A stretch of DNA of 62,278 nucleotides, filler included, from Basidiobolus ranarum (Eukaryota): assembly GCA_040143965.1 (NCBI GenBank). It is 33 parts of 33 records of this genome, joined end to end, with 100 filler letters (N's around TTAATTAATTAA, not from the genome) between each part and the next. Parts side by side here need not be neighbours in the genome. Positions count along the whole stretch, not along the records: positions 51,075 to 52,859 come from JASJQH010011213.1; positions 52,960 to 54,744 come from JASJQH010011214.1; positions 54,845 to 56,628 come from JASJQH010011215.1; positions 56,729 to 58,512 come from JASJQH010011216.1; positions 58,613 to 60,395 come from JASJQH010011217.1; positions 60,496 to 62,278 come from JASJQH010011218.1; 27 more parts are not named here. One strand, written 5' to 3'. The notes under the pieces are model-generated. The model saw nothing but the letters and a program-made list of their open reading frames with translations. It was not told the origin of the DNA and made no database searches. Below are positions 51,075-62,278 of this stretch, piece by piece. Numbering within the stretch: the first letter of the stretch is position 1; each line of letters opens with the position of its first letter. The position numbers and the translations under genes were made by a program.

Positions 51075-52859
51075 ATAGTTGAACAAAGTTCAACCAAAAC
51101 ACCATCAAGACCATCAACATCCAAAATGGCTACTTTGTCCACTTTGAATAACCCTCCATAGAAAATTTGGATAGGAGTGCATACAAATCATTATGGTATT
51201 CTGCCTGCAGTTCCCTTATAGTAATAATTCTATCCAAATTTTCTATGGAGGGTGGTTTGATAGTGGGCAAAGTAGCCATTTTGGATGTTGATGGTCTTGA
51301 TGGTGTTTTGGATGAACTCTGCTCAACAATTGATTTACTACGTAATTGGGGGATTACAATATCTGCACTTGTACCATGACTGGAAAGGAATACATCTGGT
51401 AAATTGATTAACACTTCATCATTGCTTGACTTAGTTCCTGGCATGTTAATGCCTTCCAAAGTGGATAGTTAATTGCTAGACTGCTCATCAATTAAGTCCT
51501 CAGTTCTTGCTGTTTTTTTTCCTTTCATGCCAGCAGGCTTTGGCTTGGAATCCAATTTTAATTTAGATTTTGAATGCTTTTTGCATGGCAATGAAATTTT
51601 CAGATGGTAAACTTGGTGTAATGAAATTGCTTAGAAACAGCTTATAATAAACCAGCATTGCCATCCATTACTGGAAATATCTTGTAAATCCCCTGATGGC
51701 TCATCTGTGACACCATCTCAGAATCAGCTAATAATATTGATGGGCTACACCTAAGATACCACCCTTTTTTAGGAGGTGTTCTTTTTTCTACAATATCCAT
51801 CTTATGCTACAACACAAACATTTAAAGAAGCCTTGCAATTATTGTCACAAATTCTTGTGCTATGAAAGCCAGATGCTTTATAGAAAAAATAATCACAAGC
51901 ATGGTCACTGCACAAAGCCACCAGCTGCATAAAGACTGGTGAATATCAACAGTAATATGTGCACAAAATTGACTTTAGTTTTGCCCACTGAGTCCACTGA
52001 CAGTACTTTGCCTCAAACATTTCCTTACACTGCCAAAAGTCAAGATACTGTGGAGTTACCACTACTATATGACCAGAATGATGTTGGTAGAAATTCGACT
52101 TTGGTCAAACCAGTAAGTCCAGACAACTTTGAGGACTTGCTGCTTGATGTTGACCTTAGTAATTCCAGTACTGATGGTAGTATATCCGAAGTTGAAGAAG
52201 AAGACAATGGTGTTGTTACAGACTCTTTGTTATTGGCAAGCATTAGTTCACTCATATCACCTACTGTAAAGGAAGCAGCCTTGATTATTGAAGTGTGGAG
52301 AGTTCAATACAATCTTGGCAACCAGGTGTTTATTGGTTTTCTCACATTTTTCCACAGTTGATTTGCAACTGTTGCTTGCCTTAGACTTGGTACAAGTGGA
52401 AATTACTTGTCAATTGTATGACTTATAGTCCTTTAGTAATTAAACCACCTTCATGTCCAAATGGCTGTTTGGCTTTCCCCTAACAGAAATAAAATCGATT
52501 CGATCCAGATTGGATCCAATCTCCAAAGTAGCAAAACCATCAGAGAACCGTCACAATATCATTGGCTTGCATTCTGGCAGGGATTTTGTTGATATGATGG
52601 CAGTTTCTTGATGGTATCTTAGCGGTATTCATACATGTTAAAAAATTGATCCTCAAATTTGGCATGCATTATTCAATATCCCGCAATTTTTGCAAAAATA
52701 TAATTTTCAAATGGCAAATTACTGGGTTTACTGCTGTAGGAATTTGATTTAATATGCATGCCTTTATTTAGATATTTTAGGCTTTGTATTCCAGCCATAA
52801 TGAGAATCAAAAAATACAAGAATCTCGTTGTGTTTAGTCTCTACATATGCACATATTTG
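51075..52859. mobile_element. CACTA-like core (ORF2 ATG 51664 minus, transposase ATG 51804 plus), interrupted by end A of another copy at 52478
   Basis: Colinear with 34088-35230 and 810-1510; CCCTAACAGAAATAAAATC at 52478. Confidence 0.85.
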
Positions 52860-52959
52860 NNNNNNNNNNNNNNNNNNNNNNNNNNNNNNNNNNNNNNNNN
52901 NNNTTAATTAATTAANNNNNNNNNNNNNNNNNNNNNNNNNNNNNNNNNNNNNNNNNNNN

Positions 52960-54744
52960 AGTATTGAAATTAACATTGCCTAAACACCTATATAGTCATA
53001 TATAGCTTAGTACTTAATTATCTTATAATTCACTAAGATATTATCCATTATTCTCAATTGGAATTTACTTAGAATATTGACACCAACTTAGAAGTTCTCA
53101 AATATATAGATTTTTCAAACTTGTGCTAGAAGCCCCAAACTTAGAACACATGTTCCTGGGACCTTCCTTAACACATTTTACATGTTAGTTTGCTTACATC
53201 TTGACAAAAGTATTACTGTCAACTTGCAACTCAAAAAATCAATAAGCGAAAACTCCAACTACTTAAATTCTGTAAACCACTTCCAACAGGCTCTGAGACA
53301 CTTCCAAGTTTTGCAAGTTCACAAAGACTTCAGAACTTAGACTCGATTTCTACATTCCTGAATATCAATAATCAGAATTGATTAGATATAATATTAACCT
53401 CAACTCCAGATTAATATCTCCCAAAATCTGATAACTTAGTCTAAACCTAAAAGAGATAACAGATTTATAATTCAATAGTTATTGTTGGAGGATCTGGTCA
53501 TAATAAGGAAAGACTTTGCTAATGAGAGATTACCTGAGATACTATTTAGTTGATGTATTCTTGACATAATATGGATAATTAATCTTTATTCAACATCATA
53601 GTTAACTTTAGTTATGATCAATATATTGGAAACAGAGAGCAATGTATCTAGAGCCCCTATATTCTAAATAGGAATATCTTGATATCTATATAACAATTAA
53701 GTCTTATTACCCCCACTTATCTACTATATCTTAATACACAAACTCCTGAATATCTCAAACAATTGATTTACTTCTCTACTATATAAGTCACCATATTCTC
53801 TTAAGAATAAAGTAACCAAAAACACTATCATAAGTTGCCTCTAATATACAAAGTCTACCCCCATTATGCCAGGACCCTCCAACAATATGACTATATAGAT
53901 GTTTAAGCAATGCTAATTTCAACAATATATAGCTTGGAATTTAGTTATCCTATATTTCACCAAGATATTACCCATTATTCTCAATTGGAATTTACTGAGA
54001 ATATTAACACCAACTTAAAAGTTTTTCAGATATGTAGAATTTGCAAACTTGCACTATAAGCCCCAAGCTTTGCACACATGTTCCTAGGACATTCCTTAAT
54101 ACATTTTACACACTAATTTGCCAATATCATGACCAACTATAAATGTCAACTTTCCACTCAAAAAGTCAAAAAGTGAAAAATACTAACTTCTCTTTTTCTT
54201 CAAAACACTTCCAACTGGCTCCCAAAGTACCTTAACACTGTAAAGATGTAAGTAAAAATATAAGTATAATGTGTTACAAAAGGTCCCAAGAACAAGTGAG
54301 CAGATAATGGGGCTTTCAGGGCAAACATGAAAAATCTACAAATCTGGGACCTTCCAAGTAAATTCCTCCTGAGAATATTGACTGATATTTTAGTGTAATA
54401 TCAGATAACTAAGTATTAAGCTTCATATGACTATTTAGGTGCTTAGGCATTGTTAATTTCAAATGATTCAACTCCTTTGCAGTTTGTTGGTGATTGAAAT
54501 TCAACATTATTGTAACTTGGTATATGAGAAATATTCCTTCAACTACACATCAAGCATAGCTCTTTCCTTCATAATCATCTTGCTATAGAGTATTGATATC
54601 CTGCTGTGAAAGTATTTTGGGAGTTGTTGGTGCTGAAATTAGCATTGCCTAAACACCTATATAGTCATATATAGCTTAGTACTTAGTTATCTTATAATTC
54701 ACCAAGATATTATCCATTATTCTCAATCGGAATTTACTTAGAAG
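52960..54744. repeat. Stack of LTR-B and LTR-D fragments
   Basis: At least four LTR-B-like and two LTR-D-like pieces, both orientations. Confidence 0.75.
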
Positions 54745-55061
54745 NNNNNNNNNNNNNNNNNNNNNNNNNNNNNNNNNNNNNNNNNNNNTTAATTAATTAA
54801 NNNNNNNNNNNNNNNNNNNNNNNNNNNNNNNNNNNNNNNNNNNNCCCCCCCCCACGGCTGTAATAGTAAGCAAACAGAATGCAGAAAGGTATGGCACTTG
54901 GAATGAAAATAAAAGATTTGAACAAAGTAACATAAACAAGACAATCAATGCATTATATAGAATAAGGGAGCGATAATCAATCATAATAAAATATAGGAGA
55001 TCAAAGAGATAGGTTCATGTATTCCGAGAAAAGATATAGTAACCGAATATATCGTTTCTTA

Positions 55062-56628
55062 CTAAAAGTAAGAGTCACGTCTAGCATCATCAAGTGACAA
55101 TGTTGAGGTAGTTCCGAGGGGGGTGAAATATGGTGTTGGTGTGGGTGACATTGCGGGCAGCTTAAGCTCAAACTTGGAATTTGTACTAGTAGAGTTGGAT
55201 CTCAGGATTGGTCCAGGTGTTTTGACACTAGTACTAGCCTGTACAAATAGGGCAAAATTGCCCGTTGGGTGATTGAAATCAATATTATGCGTCGATTCGC
55301 AACATTCAGGCACTCCTAGTAACCTCCATAGTACAGCTTCGTAACAAAAGACGAATTGTCGAAGAGTTTGAACCATGGATAGACGTTGGTCACGGAGCTG
55401 GTCTACTACTTTGACAACATAATCTTCAGACACATCGAATGATTCATGATTCATCTCATCAGATGCGATAATAGTATCAATGGTGCAAAAGGCACCTGTA
55501 CGACCGCAGCCGGCACTGCAATGAACCAACATTGGGCCATAATTATGGTCAGATTGTAACTTATCTGCTAAATCCCGGAGGCGCAAAACACTAGCAGGAC
55601 TATCGGGAATTCCAAAGTCTGGCCAGCCAACAAAATGTAATTGAAATATCTCACGACTTTCTCCAGTTCCTGTATGAGTTAACAAAAATCGACGGGCCAT
55701 GATTGTGGGCTCAGCTTCCACAGGCATAGTTTCTCCGGTAAGCCTAATATGCAGAAGTTCATCAATTGCCATGGACTGGTCAGGGAAACTCGGCCAGTAA
55801 CGATGACATTTAATCTGTTATTCAAGCACAAATTAGAAATAAAATTGGAGATTCATCTTTTAAGCCACAACACTTACCCTTCCAGCTTCTTCTTCCTTGG
55901 TCAACATGACAATCACTCTAGTGTTTTGCTCCCAAACCATTCTCCAAAAATCTCCAAAAGTTGATGGAAGAGGTGCTTGTGTGGCAATATAACGGTGTTT
56001 AGATTGCTTTGCACCAATAAAGCTAGCGTTAATGTAATCGGATTCGTTCATCTTAACATTGTGTAATTTCACTCGTGAATGCTCATATGGCCAGATGTTG
56101 TTGTATCTATTCTTGGACCCCTTCTCGATTCCAGCAGCAATACAATAAGGATTTGGTTGACTTAGGTTACGGACCTGCGTCACCATGAGGGATTGTAATC
56201 TCTTTTGCTCAGTTCTATCCATTTTCTAAGTTGAAGCAATGATATGTAAGTAACCATTGAATATATTGCACTCAAATGCATAAATTCCAGTGAGAAGGTG
56301 CTTACCTGAAAAAGTCGAGATATCGCGTGCTTGCCATCCGGAGAATAAGCAATGTCAATGAGGAAATGAGGCAGCCTCGAGATTGGTTTTTTGGCAATAG
56401 TTGGGGTACGAATGGCCACAATATCTCCAAGCTCGCAAGTAATTTCATGATGTGGACGAATACTATTGAAGAATGGGCTGGCCATACTTTCTATCATAGG
56501 GGTAGGACAAGTAAGTGGTGCCGTTAGAAAATTGGTAGGAGAAGGCAACGCATTAATCCTAGGTGCAGGAGACTTGGTCCCGTCTGAGCTCTCGCAGAGG
56601 CTGGCGTGTTTCTTGTGAAAGCTATCAA
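55062..56628 (-). CDS. Classical protein tyrosine phosphatase (Ptp2/Ptp3/Pyp1-like), 5' truncated; exons 56628-56306, 56225-55878, 55814-55062
   Basis: KNRYNNIWPY, DYINAS, YIATQAP, DFWRMVWEQ, KCHRYWP, WPDFG, VHCSAGCGRTG, QRLSMVQTLRQF; 80 and 63 bp GT-AG introns. Confidence 0.96.
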
Positions 56629-56728
56629 NNNNNNNNNNNNNNNNNNNNNNNNNNNNNNNNNNNNNNNNNNNNTTAATTAATTAANNNNNNNNNNNNNNNN
56701 NNNNNNNNNNNNNNNNNNNNNNNNNNNN

Positions 56729-58120
56729 CTTTAGAAAAGTGGAGTTGTGAATAGCTTTGTGAGATAATTGTTTATTGTCCAGAAATAAAGCATTTATACT
56801 TTTTTGGTGAAAATACAGAAAACTAACACTGGGGTTGTGTTCAGAACATCTGTGGGAGGAAAATGAGCTATCTTTGAGGCAATTTGGATGAATTTGAAAT
56901 TTCCAATATGGAATTGCTAATTCTCACATTATTCATATATATATATAATATATGTTCCAATTTTCAGCTAAGTGATATTTGACTAAGTAATCTTAATAAA
57001 CTTATATGGGATATATGAAATAGTTAGGTGTATAAAGATAGAGATAACAAATATGATAAAGATAATAAACTTCAACAAAACTAGTCAAAAATTCCATCAA
57101 ATGATGAAAATCCACCAAATGTGGCCCAAAATATGTCATTTAAAAGCCCTGAGTTTCCTTATCAATATATGTTAGGTAACTTGATCTATGCTATGACAGG
57201 AACCTAGCCAGATATCTCTTTTGCAGTGGGAGTAGTTAGCCAACATGTGCAAAACCCAGGATCTGAGCATTATGCAGTAGTTAAGCAGATTTTCAGATAT
57301 TTGAAGGGGACTATTGATCTGGGATCTCATGAGAATTAAGAGCTAATTGGATTTAGCAATGCAGATTGGGGATGTGATATTGAGGACAGAAGATCTATCA
57401 CTGGATATATCTTTCTCTATAGTGAAGCAGCCATACCTTGCAATAGCAAGAAACAACCCACCATAACACTTTCAACCACTGAAGCAGAGTGCATGGCAGC
57501 ATCACATACAACAAAGGAGGCTATGTGATTAAGGAAGCTGTTCAAAGACTTGGGCATTTTTCAGAGTTCACCCACCATAATTTTCAAGGATAATCCAAGC
57601 AATATCTCTTTAGCTAAAAATCCCAAATTTCTTGCCAGAAGTAAGCATATTAATATTCATCATCACTTTGTTAGAGAAGCTATTGAGAATAAGCATGTCC
57701 AATTACAGTACTGTTCAACTGGGGATATGATTGATGGCATCCTTACCAAACCATTACCCAAGCCAAAGTTTGAAGAATAAAGATATAAGTTAGGATTAAG
57801 ATATATGAATATTTAGTTGAGTGGGAGTGTTGAAGTTTATTGTCTTTGTCATATTTGTTATCTCTATCTTTATACACCTAACTATTTCATATACCACATA
57901 TAAGTTTATTAAGATTACTTAGTCAATTATCACTTAACTGTAAAACAGAACATATTTTATATATATATGTGAATAATATGAGAATTAGCAATTCTATATT
58001 GGAAATTTCAAACTCGTCCAAATTGCCCCAAGGATAGCTCATTTTACTCCCACAGATGTTGTGAACACAACCCCAGTGTTAGTTTTCTCTATTTCCACCA
58101 AAAAGTATAAATGCTTTATT
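56729..58120 (+). mobile_element. LTR-A (minus, to 57077), then Copia RT end, RNase H and 3' LTR-A (plus, from about 57828)
   Basis: GNLIYAM..PDISFAVG, FRYLKGT, NADWG, STTEAE, RSKHINIHHHFVRE, LTKPL. Confidence 0.92.
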
Positions 58121-58642
58121 TATAAGCTGATACTTAATACAAGTAAAAATCTTTATATTCCTAATCCGGAAAAGTAATTTTGCGTTAACTTTCAACCTAA
58201 AAGTTACAATGCCATTGGATGTGTTCTTTTTAGAAGTTGAGATACCAATTAGTTTGTAGTATCTCCGGTGTCTACCAAATATTTGTCTCTCCTTGGATAG
58301 AAAATGTGCGTACTACGTTCATCCAGATTTGGGCAATACGCTCTTAGCATTGCATGCATACGATTTCTTGAGGATTAAAGTGAGCAGAAGATGCAGTAAA
58401 AGGGATAGTTAGCGAAGGCTAACAAAGAAAGGATCAGAAAAGGTAATGAACTGATTAATACAACTTTAAATGCAACAAAACACTTGCAATAAAAGTTTAC
58501 TTTTTGATGCTANNNNNNNNNNNNNNNNNNNNNNNNNNNNNNNNNNNNNNNNNNNNTTAATTAATTAANNNNNNNNNNNNNNNNNNNNNNNNNNNNNNNN
58601 NNNNNNNNNNNNCATTCCCTCCCCTCTTCTCCTATATTTTTT

Positions 58643-58888
58643 ATGGCACTGTCTAATGCCTTCGTGGGGGGTGTGGGTGTTGCTCGTGAATATGATGATG
58701 ATGAGTAGGATGGACACGGTGGAGGAAGGGGAAAGAAATATAGTGGCGGTGGTGGTGATGACTACGATGGTGATGATTATGATGGAGGCGACTATAAGCA
58801 TGGAGGAGGAGGAGGAGGAAAGAAGTATGATGGTGATGACTATGATGGTCATGGCAAGAACTACGGTGGTGGTCATGGAAAATATTAG
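58643..58888 (+). CDS. Small Gly/Asp/Tyr/His-rich protein, probably secreted (absent from the ORF track)
   Basis: Frame MALSNAFVGGVGVAREYDDDE*DGHGGGRGKKYSGGGGDDYDGDDYDGGDYKHGGGGGGKKYDGDDYDGHGKNYGGGHGKY*; one TAG (58706) near the contig edge; true start probably further upstream. Confidence 0.65.
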
Positions 58889-59249
58889 GAGCCATTTTAC
58901 TACTTTGATACCCAGAGTCACTGCATGATAGACTAAAGTTTGTTTGTAGAATAAATAAATTTATCTTCGAAATAATGAATGCACCGAATTTCATAAATAA
59001 ATTTGATTTTGCGACGAGAATCTCACCATTTTCTAGCAATCTGAATACTGCATATTCTAATTGCACTCTTTCACTATCAGCAGAAACTATCAACCTAACC
59101 TGATAGTGGCAAGAAACATGCTTTTACTGTTTATGCTTCAATTAATTGGATCGTATTATTCGTCTGGCTCTCTGTTCTTATAAAATGGCCAGTTTACTTA
59201 TTTACTTGTAGCATTAGAACTGAAGTAGGTGTAAAGAAGTATATTGTAA

Positions 59250-59860
59250 TCCCTAGCCACCAACGTATTTCATAATTTCGAGCCCGTCAGGCAACGCCTT
59301 GAACCTCATCCTGAGGCCGAACATCTATACAAGCGAGTTCTGGGCGAGTTATAAAACACAAAGTCCAAGAATCCCCAGTGCCTAGCCTTGGGAGATCTTT
59401 CGCCTGGTTCAGTGATCATGAATGCCCCTGCACCAAGCAGAAATTTGACGCCGATAATAGTGAACTGGAAGTTTGCACAAGTCATCGGCCACGGCATCAA
59501 TGCGGACATTGCGGGATTCTCGCGAGTATGCGCTGCGTGTTACTTCTTGCTGAGGCTGAGGGCGACAAGGCGGAATACGATGCGCTCTCGTCCTTCACTG
59601 ACACGTTCTGCGCTACATATCGTGAGACCTCAAACTTGAGGCGTCAGAAGCGACCAGACGATGTTCATATGCAACTCTTGCGGCCTACCTTCATTATACA
59701 CGGCCGCGAGATGATTAATCGCGCACACGACACCTACAACCCCAGCCCCTACTCCAAGGACATGGTCGATCTCTCGTGTGATAACGTTGAGGAATTCTTC
59801 GACGACCTCAACTGGGTGAGACTGAGTGCTGCTGATGGAAGGAACTTTCGTTTGACTTGA
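59250..59860 (+). pseudogene. APH/methylthioribose-kinase-like phosphotransferase, C-lobe pseudogene
   Basis: CLALGDLSPGSVI and IIVNWKFA (degenerate HGD and DWE motifs), GINADIA; TAA at 59352; frameshift near 59520 into ORF 59378-59860 (FIIHGREMIN). Confidence 0.65.
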
Positions 59861-59889
59861 TGCTGACCATCCTGGCATGTTACTGGATG

Positions 59890-60187
59890 CGGGCACCCGT
59901 ATTGAAGCATCTCTGGACCATTCTATGTGGTAGCCAGCTAGTTTGGCATAGTAAGTATCTGCCCGATCAGTGCATTGACCATTGTTGAAGCGGAATAGCA
60001 GTATAACTTTGAAGGACCGGCTACTGAGATTACTACCATCATTCCTCTTGCTATTAGCATGGCTTCAATAAGAGTGATTATCCTTCTTCAAAATTCTATG
60101 ATGCTTCGCTGCCACGACGACTCCAGTATCTTGTAGTGGCAGAGTGAGGCAGAGTGCAAGAACCAGCAAGCAGAGGAACGAGTTCAT
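59890..60187 (-). pseudogene. Secreted-protein gene with in-frame TGA at codon 41 (or a 40-aa peptide)
   Basis: MNSFLCLLVLALCLTLPL signal peptide, TATAAATA at 60244-60251, frame stays open after TGA 60065-67. Confidence 0.5.
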
Positions 60188-60759
60188 CTCTTCAGTTTAC
60201 CTTCGCAGAAGTAATTAGTGATGAACAGGGCTCTAGGCGCCTGTATTTATACCATGCATCAGGAAACGACTACTTTTACTTTTCACTTCTCATGGCACTA
60301 TATATGCAGTGCAATATGAACTAGCACATATTGATTAGTGACCAGCGCAACAATACTTCAAGCATTACTTAAGTATGGCTGCTCTGTCTGTACATNNNNN
60401 NNNNNNNNNNNNNNNNNNNNNNNNNNNNNNNNNNNNNNNTTAATTAATTAANNNNNNNNNNNNNNNNNNNNNNNNNNNNNNNNNNNNNNNNNNNNTTGTA
60501 GTCCCCAACACCCCAACTCTTGAACGTGCCACAATATATTCCCTATTCAGTAGTTTATGTTTCACCTTGCAATATCTATGTCAGCCCCATGTATTCCTTG
60601 ATTGGACCTCAGTCTGATCAACATCAGTTGTCAATAAGGACTCTTGCCAAAGTATCTTCCTTGTCCAGTCTTGTCTTGTCTTGTGGTCCACATCCAAGTA
60701 CTCTCCTGCCTTCTAGCCACTTGTTGTTGTTTCCAGTCCTTGCCCAGTTCCTTATGGTA

Positions 60760-61300
60760 ACACAACAATGCCACAATATAGCAATATTAAGCAGCATTCT
60801 GAAGCAACTAGTCAACAGTTAAAGAGTCACTCAACAATGATGCAAGAACTTCAGAATCCTCTACTTGTGCTACAGCAACATGCCACTCCCACCATCCATT
60901 CTCATGTGGGATTTGAATCAATCCCACACTGTACATAGGAGTGTCACCATGACAATCTAGCAGAGCAGAATATATGATGGACCATTAATTCTACACAACA
61001 ACCAAAAATTGCTTGGGCACATAAAAGTTGAAAAACATGTAAGAAGACCAGCAAACCAAAAGACTCTTAATGTCAGAGCTGCTGTCCCTTCCTCTCATCA
61101 TGAGTGGTTAAACATCTTGGAAACTGTGCAGAATCTTGCCCAAAATCACTCTGATTTGAGCCAATAGTGAAAACCAAAAACCAAGCATTCCTTTGAAGTC
61201 TTGACCTATTTCATGTGGCATATCCTGGGTTTTGTAAGCAAATGGCAATTGGGCTAGTATAGGCCTAATCATGAAACATCTTGAAAATGTACACAATTAT
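60760..61300 (+). pseudogene. CACTA-like ORF2 remnant
   Basis: Reverse-orientation homologue of 230-780 (TLNVRAA, WLNILET, NGNWASIGL). Confidence 0.75.
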
Positions 61301-61301
61301 A

Positions 61302-61990
61302 TATTGGGAAAATAAGGGCTGTTTGGAGGAACTTTAGAAAAGTGGAGTCATGAATAGCTTTGTGAGATACTTATTTATTGTCCAGAAATAAAGCATTTAA
61401 ATATTTTGGTGGAAACACAGAAAACTAACACTGGGGTTATGATCAGAACATCTGTGGGAGTAAAATGAGCTATCTTTGGGGTAAGTTGGATGAGTTTGAA
61501 ATTTACAATATGGAATTCCCAATTCTCACATTATTCAAATATTTATAAAATATATGTTCCAATTTTCAGTTAAGTGATGTTTGACTATGTAATGTTAACT
61601 AACTTATATATGATATATGAAAAAGTTAGGTGTCCAAAGATAGAGATAACAAATATGATAAAGACAATAAACTTCAACACTGCCACTCAACTAAATATTC
61701 ATATATCTTAATCCTAACTTCAATCTTAATACTTCAAATTTTGGCTTGGGTAATGGTTTGGTAAGGATGTCAGCAATCATGTCCTCAGTTGGACAGTACC
61801 ATAGTTGGACATGCTTATTCTCTATAGCTTCCCTAAAAAAGTGATGTCAAATGTCAATCTGCTTACTTCTAGCATAAAATTTCTGATTTTTAGCTAAAGA
61901 AATACAACTTGGATTATCCTTAAAAACTATGGCAATTGAGCTTTGAAAAATGCCCAAGTCTGTGACCAGTGATGCTACCATTTACTCTGC
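61302..61990 (-). mobile_element. Copia RNase H, polypurine tract and complete 378-bp LTR-A (61302-61679)
   Basis: MIADILTKPLPKPKF; LTR TGTTGAAG...CCCAATA. Confidence 0.88.
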
Positions 61991-62278
61991 TTCAGTTGTT
62001 TAAAGTGTGGAAATTAGCATTGCCTAAACACCTATATAGTCATATATTGCTTAGTACTTAGTGATCTTATAATTCACCAAAATATTATCAATTTTTATCA
62101 ATTGGAATATACTTAGAATATTTTTACCAACTTAGAAGTTCCCAGATATGTAGATTTTTCAAACTTGTGATAGAAGACCCAAACTTTGCACACATGTTCC
62201 TGGGATCTTCCTTAACATATTCAGCATGTTAATTTGTTTACATCTTGACAAAACTATAAATGTCAACTTTCTACTTAA

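Noticed and set aside
58121..58460. Possible decayed secreted Cys protein on the minus strand (LPFLILSLLAF...CMQC)
   Set aside because: Several stops and a frameshift, no start codon or recognisable family.
58565..59093. His-rich and hydrophobic ORFs in the ORF track (58653-59093, 58565-58921, 58656-58928)
   Set aside because: Shadow frames of the Gly/Asp/Tyr-coding plus-strand frame.
59378..59520. Cys/His zinc-finger-like start of ORF 59378-59860
   Set aside because: Off-frame reading of the kinase motifs upstream of the frameshift.

Overview
This window is not contiguous DNA. It is 33 unplaced contigs of about 1.8 kb, sorted by decreasing length (1798 to 1783 bp) and joined by 100-bp N/TTAATTAATTAA/N linkers, so nothing can be inferred from adjacency across linkers. 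The source is a eukaryote, most likely an early-diverging fungus (inference from 60-80 bp GT-AG introns, an AA11 LPMO, a Kre9/Knh1-like protein and a GT34). Most contigs are nested, CpG-depleted transposon debris: a multi-copy CACTA/EnSpm-like element with CCCTAACA termini and two divergent ORFs, several Ty1/Copia families, a Gypsy-type LTR, a LINE, a Harbinger-like transposase and a MITE. CpG-normal islands carry host genes: two tandem GlcNAc-6-P deacetylase copies, mitochondrial IF-2, a tyrosine phosphatase, an AA11 LPMO, a GT31-like/GT34 fusion, small secreted proteins, an orphan gene and a GC-rich kinase-like pseudogene. The best leads are the two-gene CACTA-like element, a contig with matching ends (1667-bp unit), a tRNA-like sequence inside an LTR-like end, and a hidden Gly/Asp/Tyr-rich protein. 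All family calls come from motif recognition by eye; no searches were run.
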